Shown: piece by piece, positions 1 through 9,406 of the stretch
Layout of the letters: every line of letters starts with the position of its first letter
Position numbering within the stretch: position 1 is the first letter of the stretch
Assembly: GCA_020723385.1 (NCBI GenBank)
Contig: DYIZ01000010.1
Span: 5,190-69,189, forward strand
Direction of reading: 5' to 3'
From: Candidatus Aquidulcis sp.
GTDB taxonomy: Bacteria; Chloroflexota; Anaerolineae; Anaerolineales; UBA4823
DNA: 64,000 bases
Position numbers and translations under genes: made by a program
The notes under the pieces: generated by a model
The model's database searches: none
The model's input: only the letters and a program-made list of their open reading frames with translations
Told to the model about the DNA's origin: nothing

Positions 1-1482
1 TTCGAGGTAGCGGGATGGGAAACGGCGGTCGGGCAACTCAGGTTCGAGGGCGCGGCGCAGTTCCGATGTGGCGTGATGCACCACGCTTTCGGCAACTTCG
101 GGAGGTTTATCCGGCGAGAGCGCTTCGGCTGCCTGCTCGGCGGTGAGGGCGCGTCCGGGGGAGGTCAGTAACAGGCCAAACAATTCTCCCGCTCGGCGCT
201 GGCGCAAGGCTTGTTTGGCAATTGGACGCTTGCCTTGCCAGACTTGCAGCCCGCCCAGCAGTTGGATGCGCAGCGTAGGAGGAGACAGCCGCATCAGTTG
301 GCCCAGTAACGCCGCACTGAGCGCCGCTATGTCGGAATTGGGATCACTCAGGTAGGCCGCCACCAGTGGGAATGCCAGCGCCCGCTCCTGCTCCAGCAGA
401 AATGCATAGCCGCCGTCTATTATCCGGTGGGCCGCGTCTTGCCAGGCCTGGCGGGCTTCGGGATGGCTCTGGATATATAGCAGATCAGCCAACAGCAGCC
501 AGGCGTGCGCCAGGAGAAAATTAGCCTGGCAGCGCTCCCCAGCGGCGATGGCCTGGCGCAGATCGGTTTCAGCGGTGGGCAAGTCGTGCTGCTCCAAGGC
601 CACCCGGCCGCGCTCGACCAGCGCCATACAGTAAGCATAGAGACCATTGGTATGGCTGGCAATGGTGACGGCGTCTTTGGCCCATTGGAGGGCGGCGGCC
701 AGGTTGCCGGCCGCACGCAGGCCGCGGCTAAGCCCCAATCGAGACTCGATCGCCAATCCCGGATCGCCCACGCTCTCGGCCAGCGACCGGGCGCGGTGGT
801 AGGCCTCCAGCGCCTGATCCAAAGCCTGATCATCATAAAAAGCCAGCTCCCCTTGCAGGTAATGGACATAGCCTTCGGGCAAAGAGCCGGGTGTGACCTG
901 CGCGGCCAATTCGGTGGTGACGGCGCGCGCCCGGTCTAGTTGCCCGATCCGTAAATAGTTGATGGTCAGCGTGAGGCGCGGGTAGATCGTTGCCTGAGGC
1001 ATGCCGCGCGCCTGTGCAATACGTATTGCTTCCTCGTCGGAAGCGATGGCCAGGTCGAACTGGCCGTGTGGGGTGTAGATACCCGCCGAAAGGTTGTGCA
1101 GGCTGCGCGTCAAGGCGCGGTCGTAACCTTGTAAGCGTGCCAGGTTGATGGCGCGACGGTAATAGATTTCGCCGCCAGCCAGATCGTCCGTTTCGGTGGC
1201 GCAAATGCCCAACAACAACAAGATATCCGTCAGGATGATGCTTTCAGGAGGGGCCAGTTTCAGAGCTTCCTCGGCCAGGCGGCGCGCCGCGGCAAACTCG
1301 CCGCCGCGGAAATAAATATATCCCTCGCAATTGAGCGCCGCAGCCTGGCTGGCCGGGTCGCCAGAGTATTTCGCCAGCTCGACGGCCTGGCGCGCTTTCT
1401 GTAAAGCTGCTGCAAGCTCGCCCGCTCGTTCCAGGGCCAGACTTTCCTCGATTAGCATCGCGACCGATTGGGATTCGCTCAT
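1..1482 (-). CDS. TPR + winged-helix/BTAD (SARP-like) regulator; C-terminus cut by the window edge; paralogue of 3607..5613
   Basis: Not in the ORF track because there is no stop in the window. My translation of the minus frame from ATG 1482..1480 reads MSESQSVAMLIEESLALERAGE... and stays open to nt 1. The distal part LGGLQVWQGKRPIAKQALRQRRAGELFGLLLTSPGRAL...HHATSELRRALEPELP..FPSRYLE parallels LGGWQVRVGARSLEKQALRQRRSGELLGLLLTSPGRSL...HHATSTLRRALEPDLP..FPSRYLE of the 668-aa ORF. Confidence 0.7.
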   Translation of the reverse strand, partial: MSESQSVAMLIEESLALERAGELAAALQKARQAVELAKYSGDPASQAAALNCEGYIYFRGGEFAAARRLAEEALKLAPPESIILTDILLLLGICATETDDLAGGEIYYRRAINLARLQGYDRALTRSLHNLSAGIYTPHGQFDLAIASDEEAIRIAQARGMPQATIYPRLTLTINYLRIGQLDRARAVTTELAAQVTPGSLPEGYVHYLQGELAFYDDQALDQALEAYHRARSLAESVGDPGLAIESRLGLSRGLRAAGNLAAALQWAKDAVTIASHTNGLYAYCMALVERGRVALEQHDLPTAETDLRQAIAAGERCQANFLLAHAWLLLADLLYIQSHPEARQAWQDAAHRIIDGGYAFLLEQERALAFPLVAAYLSDPNSDIAALSAALLGQLMRLSPPTLRIQLLGGLQVWQGKRPIAKQALRQRRAGELFGLLLTSPGRALTAEQAAEALSPDKPPEVAESVVHHATSELRRALEPELPDRRFPSRYLE

Positions 1483-1709
1483 GCTTGAATTATAGCAAAC
1501 GGCGGCGAAGGATTTTTAGTCAATAAATTCCGGCGATAAGTTAACGCTTATCGCTACTGCCGTATAAATCGAGAAACCCCGGTAACCACTGGGATTTCTC
1601 TGCCCATTGATACAACGAAACCTGCTGACTTGTCGTGTGCTATCGTAATATGTTTTCCGGTCGAACGATCATTGGCAGAAACATCTGGAAAGGAGAAGTG
1701 TCGGGGCAC

Positions 1710-3212
1710 TCATCGCCGTATTAATGGCAGGAAGATGTATCGCATCTCGCCGAGGAATACCCCCCACAGTTCTTTGCCAATCCCGCTTTCATCGTCGGCG
1801 GCGAAGAACAGCCTGTCGCCAGCGACCGTCAGCCGCGCCGGGGCATCGCCAGTGAAATTTTTGAGCATCAGCGTTCCCTCGGAAGTGCCATCGCTCACCC
1901 ACAGCCCGTCGCCGATGTCGTTGGGCACGACAAGGAAGAGCTTGCCCGCGGCCGGGATCATCAGCCCGGGGTTGCCATCCCCTGCTCCTGAACGCAAATT
2001 TTTGACCAGCAGGGTGCCTTCGAGCGTGCCGTCGCTTTTCCACAGCTCGAGACCGTTGACGCCATCATTGGCAGCGAAAAACAGGGTTCCGTTTACATTC
2101 GCCGCACAAGGAGGATTGCCACAGCCGGCGTCAAAGCTCCCCCCGGAGGCGTTTATTTCTGCAACCATGACAGTCCCGTCAGCCGTCCCATCGCTTTTCC
2201 ACAACTCGGAGCCATGCGTGCCATCGTTGGCAGAGAAAAACAGCGTGCCGTTGATCGCAATCAGGTTGGCCGGGTCAGAGCCATCGTTGTAGCCAGGGTT
2301 GATATTCTTGACCATCACAGTTCCAACGACCGTGCCGTCGGTTTTCCACAATTCGGTGCCATAGGGATCATCATAAACCGTGAAGTAGAGATGGTCGCCC
2401 ATTACGGTCAGGTTTTCCAGCATCGAGCCATAGAAATCTTTGAGCATCACGGTGCCTGTGAGCGTACCGTCGCTGACCCACAGATCCCAATCATATTGCG
2501 AAGTGCCCCCGAAATTGGAGAAAAGCAGCTTGCCGTTGAGGTCAGTCATACCATACTGGTATTGGTAAGGCCACGCCAAATCGCCGCCAGGGGTAATTTC
2601 CTTGACCATCAAGGTGCCGGTCACCGTGCCATCGCTTTTCCACAGCTCGTAGGCATGAACACCGTCGTTGGCGGAAAAGTACACGCTGCTTCCGGAGGCC
2701 GTCAAGACACTTGGGGTGCCAAGTTGGGACGAACCGCCGCCCGGGTAGATGTCTTTGACGATCTGGGTGCCGGCTTCGGTGCCGTCGCTCTTCCAGATTT
2801 CCTTGCCATGCACGCCGTCATCGGCGACGAAGAACAACTCGCCGTTCAGGTTGGCGAAGCTGGTCGGCCAGGAGGCATCGGTGGGGTGGATGTCTTTGAC
2901 TATCACGGTGCCGCTCGAAGAACCGTCGCTTTTCCATAACTCGACCGAGCGCTCGTCGCCTATGGCGCTGAAATAAACCACATTGCCTATACTGATCATC
3001 TGGGTCTTGTCGAATTGATACGGGATGGCTGAACCTTCGGGATTGATATCTTTGATTAGATTGGGCGTGTCAGCCTGGACCGAACGCCCCCGTTGTTCCT
3101 GACCGGCCGAACCCAACGTGCCAGCCAAAACCGCTCTCGGCTGGTTCGCCATGACCGAGGCACAGAGCACTCCCACGACCAATAAGAAAACCAGGATAGA
3201 TTTGAATTTCAT
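1710..3212 (-). CDS. secreted ELWxxDGT-repeat (propeller-like) protein
   Basis: 500-aa ORF with a signal-like N-terminus MKFKSILVFLLVVGVLCASVMA. About nine copies of the ELW(K/V)(S/T)DGT..GT..VK motif (VELWKSDGSSSGT, KEIWKSDGTEAGT, YELWKSDGTVTGT ... GLWVSDGTSEGT), as in the ELWxxDGT repeat family. Confidence 0.85.
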   Translation of the reverse strand: MKFKSILVFLLVVGVLCASVMANQPRAVLAGTLGSAGQEQRGRSVQADTPNLIKDINPEGSAIPYQFDKTQMISIGNVVYFSAIGDERSVELWKSDGSSSGTVIVKDIHPTDASWPTSFANLNGELFFVADDGVHGKEIWKSDGTEAGTQIVKDIYPGGGSSQLGTPSVLTASGSSVYFSANDGVHAYELWKSDGTVTGTLMVKEITPGGDLAWPYQYQYGMTDLNGKLLFSNFGGTSQYDWDLWVSDGTLTGTVMLKDFYGSMLENLTVMGDHLYFTVYDDPYGTELWKTDGTVVGTVMVKNINPGYNDGSDPANLIAINGTLFFSANDGTHGSELWKSDGTADGTVMVAEINASGGSFDAGCGNPPCAANVNGTLFFAANDGVNGLELWKSDGTLEGTLLVKNLRSGAGDGNPGLMIPAAGKLFLVVPNDIGDGLWVSDGTSEGTLMLKNFTGDAPARLTVAGDRLFFAADDESGIGKELWGVFLGEMRYIFLPLIRR

Positions 3213-3391
3213 CGAGACTTCTCCTTTTCGACTTCAGGGTTTAACATGCCATGCAGCAAATCCAAAAGCGCCTGTTCATTTGCAAACGGCTGCGGAGCGC
3301 CCTCAGCCACAGGCTGCAAGACACCCCGCAATGTCTCGGGGTTTTCGGTATCCACCAGCAATCGCAGGATAAAGACTTGAATTGTGCGCAT
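3209..3391 (-). CDS. 60-aa hypothetical microprotein, translationally coupled to the ELWxxDGT gene
   Basis: Internal ATG at 3391 of ORF 3209..3535, preceded by AGGAGG (reverse complement of 3395..3400). Product MRTIQVFILRLLVDTENPETLRGVLQPVAEGAPQPFANEQALLDLLHGMLNPEVEKEKSR. Its stop overlaps the downstream ATG (ATGA at 3209..3212). The longer GTG-3535 version would run through the 26-bp palindrome. Confidence 0.55.
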   Translation of the reverse strand: MRTIQVFILRLLVDTENPETLRGVLQPVAEGAPQPFANEQALLDLLHGMLNPEVEKEKSR

Positions 3392-3495
3392 GGGCCTCCT
3401 GTTCAACACCCCCGTTATACACAATCGAACTGCCACGAGACTTACAAAAACGCTCGCTTTCACCCGCAATCGTCTATTCCAAAAAAAGGGAGAAC

Positions 3496-3550
3496 CCGGA
3501 AATTGGGGTAGTGTGGGCAGCTTCGCTGCCCACACTACCCCAATTTCCGG
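3496..3550 (-). terminator. perfect 26-bp-stem hairpin (3-nt loop) followed on the minus strand by a T-run; likely terminator of the 3607..5613 gene
   Basis: ccggaaattggggtagtgtgggcagc (3496..3521), ttc, gctgcccacactaccccaatttccgg (3525..3550). The minus strand continues gttctcccttttttt (3481..3495). A second 9-bp hairpin ccctccccc/gggggaggg lies at 3558..3578. Confidence 0.55.
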
Positions 3551-3606
3551 TCTTTCTCCCTCCCCCGGAGGGGGAGGGCCGGGGTGGGGGCGCGAAGGCT
3601 GAGCCG

Positions 3607-5613
3607 TTATCGCTTCAACAGAGATTGATACAGCGTTTGCAGCGCATCCTGCGGCTCGACCCCCAAATCATCCCGCAGGGATTTCTCCAATGTTTTATAC
3701 AAACGTAAAGCCCCCGAGCGATTCTCCAACCCCAGGCAGGCGCGCATCCCGAGCAGCGCTGCCTGCTCCTGCCAGGGTTCGAGCGCCAGCACTTTCTGGC
3801 AGGCCTCGAGCGATTCCTGGAAATGGCCTTTCTCGAAAGCCGCCTCGGCCACGGCCAGCAAAGCGTGCTGGCACCATTGCGCCAGCCGCTGGCGCAGCGC
3901 CACCGCCCAGTCGGCGTAACGATATTCGGGGAGGAATTCACCGCTGTAAGCGGCCAGCGCCGCCGCCCAATCCCGCTGGCGGTAGCGAGCCTCGAAAGTT
4001 TCGAAATCCACCGTCGAGGCGGGCGGTAACCGGAGAGTCACCTGCCCCTCGCTGACTTCCAGGTAGCGCGAGGGGAATTTCTCCGGCAGGTCGGGTTCGA
4101 GCGCCCGCCGCAGCGTAGAGGTGGCGTGATGGAAAAGCGCCTGCGCCGCCGATGAGCTTTTTTCGGGCCACAACACATCGGCAACCTGATCGAATGACAA
4201 CGACCTCCCCGGGCTGGTCAGCAGCAAACCGAGCAGCTCCCCCGATCTCCGTTGGCGGAGAGCCTGTTTTTCGAGAGACCGCGCTCCCACTCGCACCTGC
4301 CAGCCTCCGAGCGTGACGATCCTCATCGGCGGCGCGGGAACCTGTTGAAGATGATCCAACAAGCTGACGCTGACGCTCGCCACAGATTTGTCTCGACTAT
4401 CGAGGCCAGCCACAATCAGCGGGAAAACCAACGATCGCTCTCGGTCTGCGAGAAAGACGAATCCCCCCTGCGCCAATCGGGAGGCGGCCTCCCGCCAGGC
4501 GTCGGCGGCCCCAGGATGGCCCTGTTGATGGAAAAGCGCTGCCAGGAGCAGGAGCGCGATGGCCCGGTCGAAATCGAGCCGCAAGGGAGCCAGCCGCTCG
4601 ATGGCGGCGCGCAGATCCGCTTCGGCGGCGGGAAGATCACCCAGCGCCCAGGCGGCGCGGGCGCGCTCGATCAGCGCCTCACCCTGCAAATGGTGGTACC
4701 CGGTTCGCTCGACAATTGCCAGCGCATCGGCAGCCCAGGCGACTGCTGACGGGTTATCGCCCGCCGCCCGGCTCAGGCGGCTCATCCCCAGGCGGGCCAG
4801 GAAGCGGTTCTCGGCGATGCCGTTGGCTTCGGCAATAGACAGGGTTTTCGCGAACCAATCGCGGGCTGTTGCAGTGTCGCCATCTTCGAGCGCCAGGCTG
4901 GCCTGGATGAAATGCCAGTATCCATCTCCCAGCGAGCCGGGCGAAACTGCCTCGTGGAGTTCCGCCAACCGGCTTTCGGCGGGCTGACGCTGCCCGGTGA
5001 GCCAGTACACCCAGCTCATGGTGAGCAGCGGCCCCCAGGCCATCTCCGGCATCCCGCGTGACCGGGCAATCTTGAGCGACTCTTCGTCTGCGGCTAACGA
5101 GAGGGCAAACTGGCCGCGCGGCATGTAAATTCCGCACGAGAGGGCGTGCAGGCCGCGCACGAGCACGCGGTCGTAGCCAATTTGACGGCTCAGGTCAACC
5201 GCCTGCTGGGTGAACTGCTCCGAGGCGGCCAAATCGTCGGTCTCGCCGGCGCAGATGCCCACGTCGAGCAGCGCGTCGGCGCGGGCGGTGGATTCTGGCC
5301 CAGCCAGCGCCAGCGCCTGGTCGCAGAGTTCTCTTGCCTGTTCGTAATGTCCCAGCCGGATGTGCGCGTAAGCCAGGGCGTTCAGCGCGGTAGCCTCACT
5401 CTCGGCATCCCCCGCGGCTTGCGCCAACTGCTGCGCCTGCTTCGCCCGCTGGATGGACGCGGCTATCTCCCCGGCGCGCTCCAGCGTGCGGCTTTCATCA
5501 ATCAGGGAGAGAATTTCATTGGCTGGTGAATCCACCGGTTTATTTTCGTTTATGATAGGCAATCTTCGACGCAAATTACGCCAATTGGGCGAATGACGCG
5601 AATTTTTGTACAT
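3607..5613 (-). CDS. TPR + winged-helix (OmpR-type) + BTAD transcriptional regulator, SARP-like with inverted domain order
   Basis: 668-aa ORF. The C-terminal 250 aa (GGWQVRVGARSLEKQALRQRRSGELLGLLL...FETFEARY...FLPEYRYADWAVALRQRL...LALEPWQEQAALLGMRACL..GALRLYKTLEKSLRDDLGVEPQDALQTLYQSLL) fit the wHTH + bacterial transcriptional activation domain. The N-terminal two-thirds are TPR-like A/L-rich repeats. Alternative GTG start at 5535 (VDSPANEILSLIDES), because the first 26 codons lie in a repeat array. Confidence 0.8.
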   Translation of the reverse strand: MYKNSRHSPNWRNLRRRLPIINENKPVDSPANEILSLIDESRTLERAGEIAASIQRAKQAQQLAQAAGDAESEATALNALAYAHIRLGHYEQARELCDQALALAGPESTARADALLDVGICAGETDDLAASEQFTQQAVDLSRQIGYDRVLVRGLHALSCGIYMPRGQFALSLAADEESLKIARSRGMPEMAWGPLLTMSWVYWLTGQRQPAESRLAELHEAVSPGSLGDGYWHFIQASLALEDGDTATARDWFAKTLSIAEANGIAENRFLARLGMSRLSRAAGDNPSAVAWAADALAIVERTGYHHLQGEALIERARAAWALGDLPAAEADLRAAIERLAPLRLDFDRAIALLLLAALFHQQGHPGAADAWREAASRLAQGGFVFLADRERSLVFPLIVAGLDSRDKSVASVSVSLLDHLQQVPAPPMRIVTLGGWQVRVGARSLEKQALRQRRSGELLGLLLTSPGRSLSFDQVADVLWPEKSSSAAQALFHHATSTLRRALEPDLPEKFPSRYLEVSEGQVTLRLPPASTVDFETFEARYRQRDWAAALAAYSGEFLPEYRYADWAVALRQRLAQWCQHALLAVAEAAFEKGHFQESLEACQKVLALEPWQEQAALLGMRACLGLENRSGALRLYKTLEKSLRDDLGVEPQDALQTLYQSLLKR

Positions 5614-5646
5614 TCGCGAAATTTGCCCATTCGCGCCATTCGCGTT
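5586..5646. repeat. CATTCGCG word array in inverted arrangement
   Basis: gcgaatg acgcgaat tttttgta cattcgcg aaatttgc ccattcgcg ccattcgcg. It overlaps the annotated start of 3607..5613. Confidence 0.85.
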
Positions 5647-5675
5647 TTAAAAAGGCATTCAGACATCGTCAGAGA

Positions 5676-6737
5676 TCACCGAAGCCGGACATTACCGTCC
5701 AGAACCCGCGCATCATCCGACACAATGAACGACCAGGTGTAAGTTTGCCCGTTGGTCGTGATCGAGACGGTGTAGGTCGCGCCGGGGGTCAGGGCGGCGC
5801 GCGGCATGATGATGGCATCGCGCATATTCAATACCGCCCGTCCCAGGTTTTGGTCCGAGCCGCTGGGGTTGGTGTAACTGGTTTCGTCGAAGATGCAGTG
5901 ATCGAGCGGCGTGCTGCCCTGCTGGAAGGAATGCGCTGTCACGCTGGGGGTGAGGCTCCCCGAGCCGATCATCAGGTAAATCGGCGGGCCGCTGGGGGCG
6001 CTGTACCCCGAACAGCTGCTCAGCGGGTTGGGGGATTCGCCGCCCCAGAACGCTGAATAGGGCATGATTTCCCCGTCGCCCGGCCATTTCACCGGAAAAG
6101 TGACCGACGGCGGGACGCTGCCCAGGCCGCGCAGCACGTCGAGGCAGGCCCCGGTTTGCCAGCCGCCGTCGGCCTCACGGTAAGCGCCAAACCCGGAAAC
6201 CGCCAGCGCCGGGTCGAGGATGCCCACGCCGTGAAATGGGCCGCTCATCCACGAGTCGATGGCATCTTCGTCGGTCATCCCGGTGCTGCTGCTCACCGAT
6301 AGATCGCTGTTCTGCGCGGCGGCCTGGCCTTCGGCAGTGTACCAGGGATTGCCGGAATCCTCCGAGTGCTGGATCACATCATTCTTGACCATGTAGCGTG
6401 AGTGCAGCCAGCAGCCGTTGCCCCAACTGGTGTTTTCGGTGAGCGCAGGCAGATCGCCCAGGGCGCGCAGCGAATTGATGTATCCCAGCCAACCGGCTGC
6501 AGGCGGGGTGGTGGGCGTGGGCGTGGGCGTGACGGTCGCAGTTGGCGCGGGGGTGAGGGTGACTGTCGCTGTAGGTGTTCCCTGCCGGAGAATAACCGGC
6601 ATGAAGGCCGCCGGGGTTCCGTCGCGTGGCGAGGCGGAGGCATCCCCCGGGCGGACAAAGGCCCAGGCCAAAAGCAGCACAACGCTAATCGCGATGATCG
6701 GGAGTGTCCATTGCAATGCAGGTTTTATCATTCTCAT
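5676..6737 (-). CDS. secreted CAP/SCP-domain protein with a Thr/Pro linker and a C-terminal beta-rich domain
   Basis: 353-aa ORF with an N-terminal TM/signal (LPIIAISVVLLLAWAF) and a TPTPTPT linker. YINSLRALGDLPALTEN ... HSRYMVKNDVIQHSED ... DSWMSGPFHGVGILDP resembles the bacterial CAP (PR-1-like) domain pattern. Confidence 0.6.
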   Translation of the reverse strand: MRMIKPALQWTLPIIAISVVLLLAWAFVRPGDASASPRDGTPAAFMPVILRQGTPTATVTLTPAPTATVTPTPTPTTPPAAGWLGYINSLRALGDLPALTENTSWGNGCWLHSRYMVKNDVIQHSEDSGNPWYTAEGQAAAQNSDLSVSSSTGMTDEDAIDSWMSGPFHGVGILDPALAVSGFGAYREADGGWQTGACLDVLRGLGSVPPSVTFPVKWPGDGEIMPYSAFWGGESPNPLSSCSGYSAPSGPPIYLMIGSGSLTPSVTAHSFQQGSTPLDHCIFDETSYTNPSGSDQNLGRAVLNMRDAIIMPRAALTPGATYTVSITTNGQTYTWSFIVSDDARVLDGNVRLR

Positions 6738-6865
6738 CGTTTTTCTCCGCGTCCGCAGTGAGATTGCTCCAAATTCAATTTCGTCGAAGCGACTTTAATC
6801 GCTCCCAGCCGATGGACGGCTAAAGCCGTCACTACGAGCCGATATACGCAGGCTGGCAAATTCCT

Positions 6866-8293
6866 TTATGGAAAATACCGCCGCAGCAACCTGCGAGCCA
6901 GGTCGGCGGTAGGGGTACCAGGGGCGAGCGCCTGTGCCATCGTCAATTGATCGCGCGCGTGGAGGCTGTCACCGAAAAACAGGTAAACCTGCCCGAGATG
7001 GAGGCGCGCCGGGGCGTAATTGGGATGGATCGCCAGCGCCCGCAGGATGAAACGCTCGGCGTTCAAATAATCTTCGAGCATGAGCAGGGTCTGGCCCATC
7101 AAATCAAGGGAGATCGGATCATCGGGGGCCAGGATGACTGCCTGCCGGGAGGCATACAACGCCAACTGGCGCACCTGGATTTGGTGTTGCAGTGAGAACT
7201 GCGCTAACATGCGCCAGTAAACGACATCCTGGGGCGCAATTTCGATGGCTTTCAGGAAACAGGCTTCGGCGGCTGGCAGGTTGCCCTGCTCGGCCAGGGT
7301 ATTTCCGATCTCGACCTGGACGGCGGGATTGGCGGGGTCGAGGCCGGCAGTGAAATACAGGTAGGCCAGGGAGCGGTCATACTCTTGCTGGCGCCGCCAA
7401 TAAAAGGCCAGGAACAGGTTGGCAGCCAGCGAGTCGGGCGACAGCCGCCAGGCCCTTTGGAGATCGGACAAGATGAGACCGGCATCGTCCAAGCCATCCC
7501 CGGTGTGTTGGCGGGCCTCGCCCCAATAGGCCCATGCTTCGGCGTAATCAGAGCGCAGAACGGCCGCCTGGCGGAATGCCTCGGAGGCCAAATCCCACTC
7601 GCCGAGGGAGGCCAACACGCGACCGGTGGACATATACGTGTAGGCCGGCTCGCCGATCAGGCGGGCGGTATTCACCCGACGCTCGATTTCCGCTGCAGCC
7701 GCGGACCGGGATGCATCCAGCTCGGCGGCACGCGTCAGGTATGCGATGGCTGACTCGGGTTTGGTGGCCGCCAGGAGCAGGCCGGTTTCATAGTAACTGG
7801 GGGCATCGTTAGGCCGTGCAACGAGCAGGGCTTGCAGGCTGGCGATGGCAGCAGGAAAATCGCCCAGGGCGCGATAGCGCTGCGCCAGACGGCGGTAAGC
7901 TTCAGGATGGGGGATGGCCGATTGCCAGGACTGGAGGGCAGCCGCGGGGTCGCCGAGGGCCTGCTGGGCGTCGCCGAGGGCGATATTCCCCTCGGGGGAG
8001 AGGGGACCGCGGGCGGCAGCCTGACCGAGATAGAGAATGGCAGCCTGTGGGTCGCCGCCGCTCACCGCGTAGCGCCCAGCCAATTCCCACAGGTCGCCGC
8101 GCCAGGGGAAAAACCCGGCGGCGCGGGAAAGATGGCTGGAGGCCTCCAGCGGGCGGGATTCCTCCCACGAGAGGCGCGCCGCCTGCAATGCCAGGCTTGC
8201 CGCCCACGGGCGCGCGGAAAGCCCCAAGAGGGCAATCCCAACCAGCGGGAGCAAAATCCGCAGCCAGACAAGGGTTCCCCAAATCGGTTTCAC
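6866..8293 (-). CDS. membrane-anchored TPR-repeat protein
   Basis: 475-aa ORF with an N-terminal TM (LVWLRILLPLVGIALLGL) followed by repeated A/L/Y-rich 34-aa-type units (e.g. AEAWAYWGEARQHTGD, PAAEACFLKAIEIAPQD, YAPARLHLGQVYLFFGD). Confidence 0.75.
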   Translation of the reverse strand: MKPIWGTLVWLRILLPLVGIALLGLSARPWAASLALQAARLSWEESRPLEASSHLSRAAGFFPWRGDLWELAGRYAVSGGDPQAAILYLGQAAARGPLSPEGNIALGDAQQALGDPAAALQSWQSAIPHPEAYRRLAQRYRALGDFPAAIASLQALLVARPNDAPSYYETGLLLAATKPESAIAYLTRAAELDASRSAAAAEIERRVNTARLIGEPAYTYMSTGRVLASLGEWDLASEAFRQAAVLRSDYAEAWAYWGEARQHTGDGLDDAGLILSDLQRAWRLSPDSLAANLFLAFYWRRQQEYDRSLAYLYFTAGLDPANPAVQVEIGNTLAEQGNLPAAEACFLKAIEIAPQDVVYWRMLAQFSLQHQIQVRQLALYASRQAVILAPDDPISLDLMGQTLLMLEDYLNAERFILRALAIHPNYAPARLHLGQVYLFFGDSLHARDQLTMAQALAPGTPTADLARRLLRRYFP

Positions 8294-8416
8294 AGGCGGA
8301 ATTATAGTCGAGAAAGCCAGTTTCGATTGAGGTATACTCGGCTTATCGTATGCGCTTGACGCACAAGGGCGCTGATGCGTCCACTACGAACGGATCGTTT
8401 ATTCGGAGAAAATAAG

Positions 8417-9403
8417 ATGACCGAAACGCTTGAATCTTCCTGGAAGAAAACGGTGGCGCGCTACCAAACCCCCAGCGTGGGACGTAGTGTGTGGCAGATC
8501 GTCAATTCGGTGGTACCGTTCGTGGTTTTATGGTACCTGGCGTATCGCTGCCTGGCAATTTCGTACTGGCTGACGCTGGCGGTGGCGGTGCTTGCGGCGG
8601 GGTTCATGGTGCGGGTTTTCATCATTTTCCACGACGCCGGGCATGGCTCGTTCTTCAAGTCGCAGCGGGCCAATACAATTGCTGGTTATTTGACCGGTAT
8701 CCTGACGTTTTCACCATTCGAGCAATGGCGGCATGATCACGCCATCCATCATGCCACTGCGGGCGATCTCGACCGGCGCGGGGTGGGCGATGTGCCGACG
8801 ATGACGGTGGATGAATGGCGCAATGCACCGCCGTTGACGCGTTGGGGATACCGTTTCATCCGTAATCCATTGATCCTGTTCGGTTTCGGGCAGTTGGCGG
8901 TTTTTCTTATCAGCCACCGCTTCTTTTCGGCCAAATCGGGGCGGCGCGAGAAGTGGAGTGTGGTGTGGACGAACCTGGGCCTGCTGGCGCTCATCGGCGG
9001 GCTGTGCTGGCTGATCGGGTGGAAAGCAGTCTTGCTGGTGGAGCTGCCTATTATCTGGCTCGGCGGGGCCGTGGGCGAGTGGCTGTTTTACGTCCAACAC
9101 CAGTTCCAGGGTGTGTATTGGGTGCGGCATAACTCATGGGACTATCTGTCATCGGCGATGAAGGGAGCTTCTTACTACAAGCTGCCGAAACTGCTGCAAT
9201 GGTTCACCGGCAGCATCGGGTTTCACCACATCCACCATCTCAGCCCGAAGATTCCCAATTACATGCTGGAACGCTGTCACGCGGAGAATCCCATCTTCCA
9301 CAGCGCGCCGACTTTGACGCTGAGCACCAGCTTGCATTCGTTGAGTCTGCGGTTGTATGACGAGGCGAGCGGGAGGATGGTGGGGTTTGCCCAGGCGAAG
9401 TGA
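8417..9403 (+). CDS. membrane fatty-acid desaturase (three His boxes)
   Basis: His boxes HDAGHGSF, HDHAIHH and HHIHHL in a polytopic protein. ATG 8417 follows GGAG (ggagaaaataagATG); the track ORF starts at 8375. Confidence 0.85.
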   Translation: MTETLESSWKKTVARYQTPSVGRSVWQIVNSVVPFVVLWYLAYRCLAISYWLTLAVAVLAAGFMVRVFIIFHDAGHGSFFKSQRANTIAGYLTGILTFSPFEQWRHDHAIHHATAGDLDRRGVGDVPTMTVDEWRNAPPLTRWGYRFIRNPLILFGFGQLAVFLISHRFFSAKSGRREKWSVVWTNLGLLALIGGLCWLIGWKAVLLVELPIIWLGGAVGEWLFYVQHQFQGVYWVRHNSWDYLSSAMKGASYYKLPKLLQWFTGSIGFHHIHHLSPKIPNYMLERCHAENPIFHSAPTLTLSTSLHSLSLRLYDEASGRMVGFAQAK

Positions 9404-9406
9404 CTT

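Noticed and set aside
3382-3708. ORFs crossing the 26-bp palindrome on both strands (3382..3708 +, 3384..3602 +, and the long form 3209..3535 -). They give mirror peptides (VVWAASLPTLPQFP versus MWAAKLPTLPQFP).
   Set aside because: The similar peptides are a by-product of translating a perfect palindrome in both directions. The region is better explained as a terminator hairpin.
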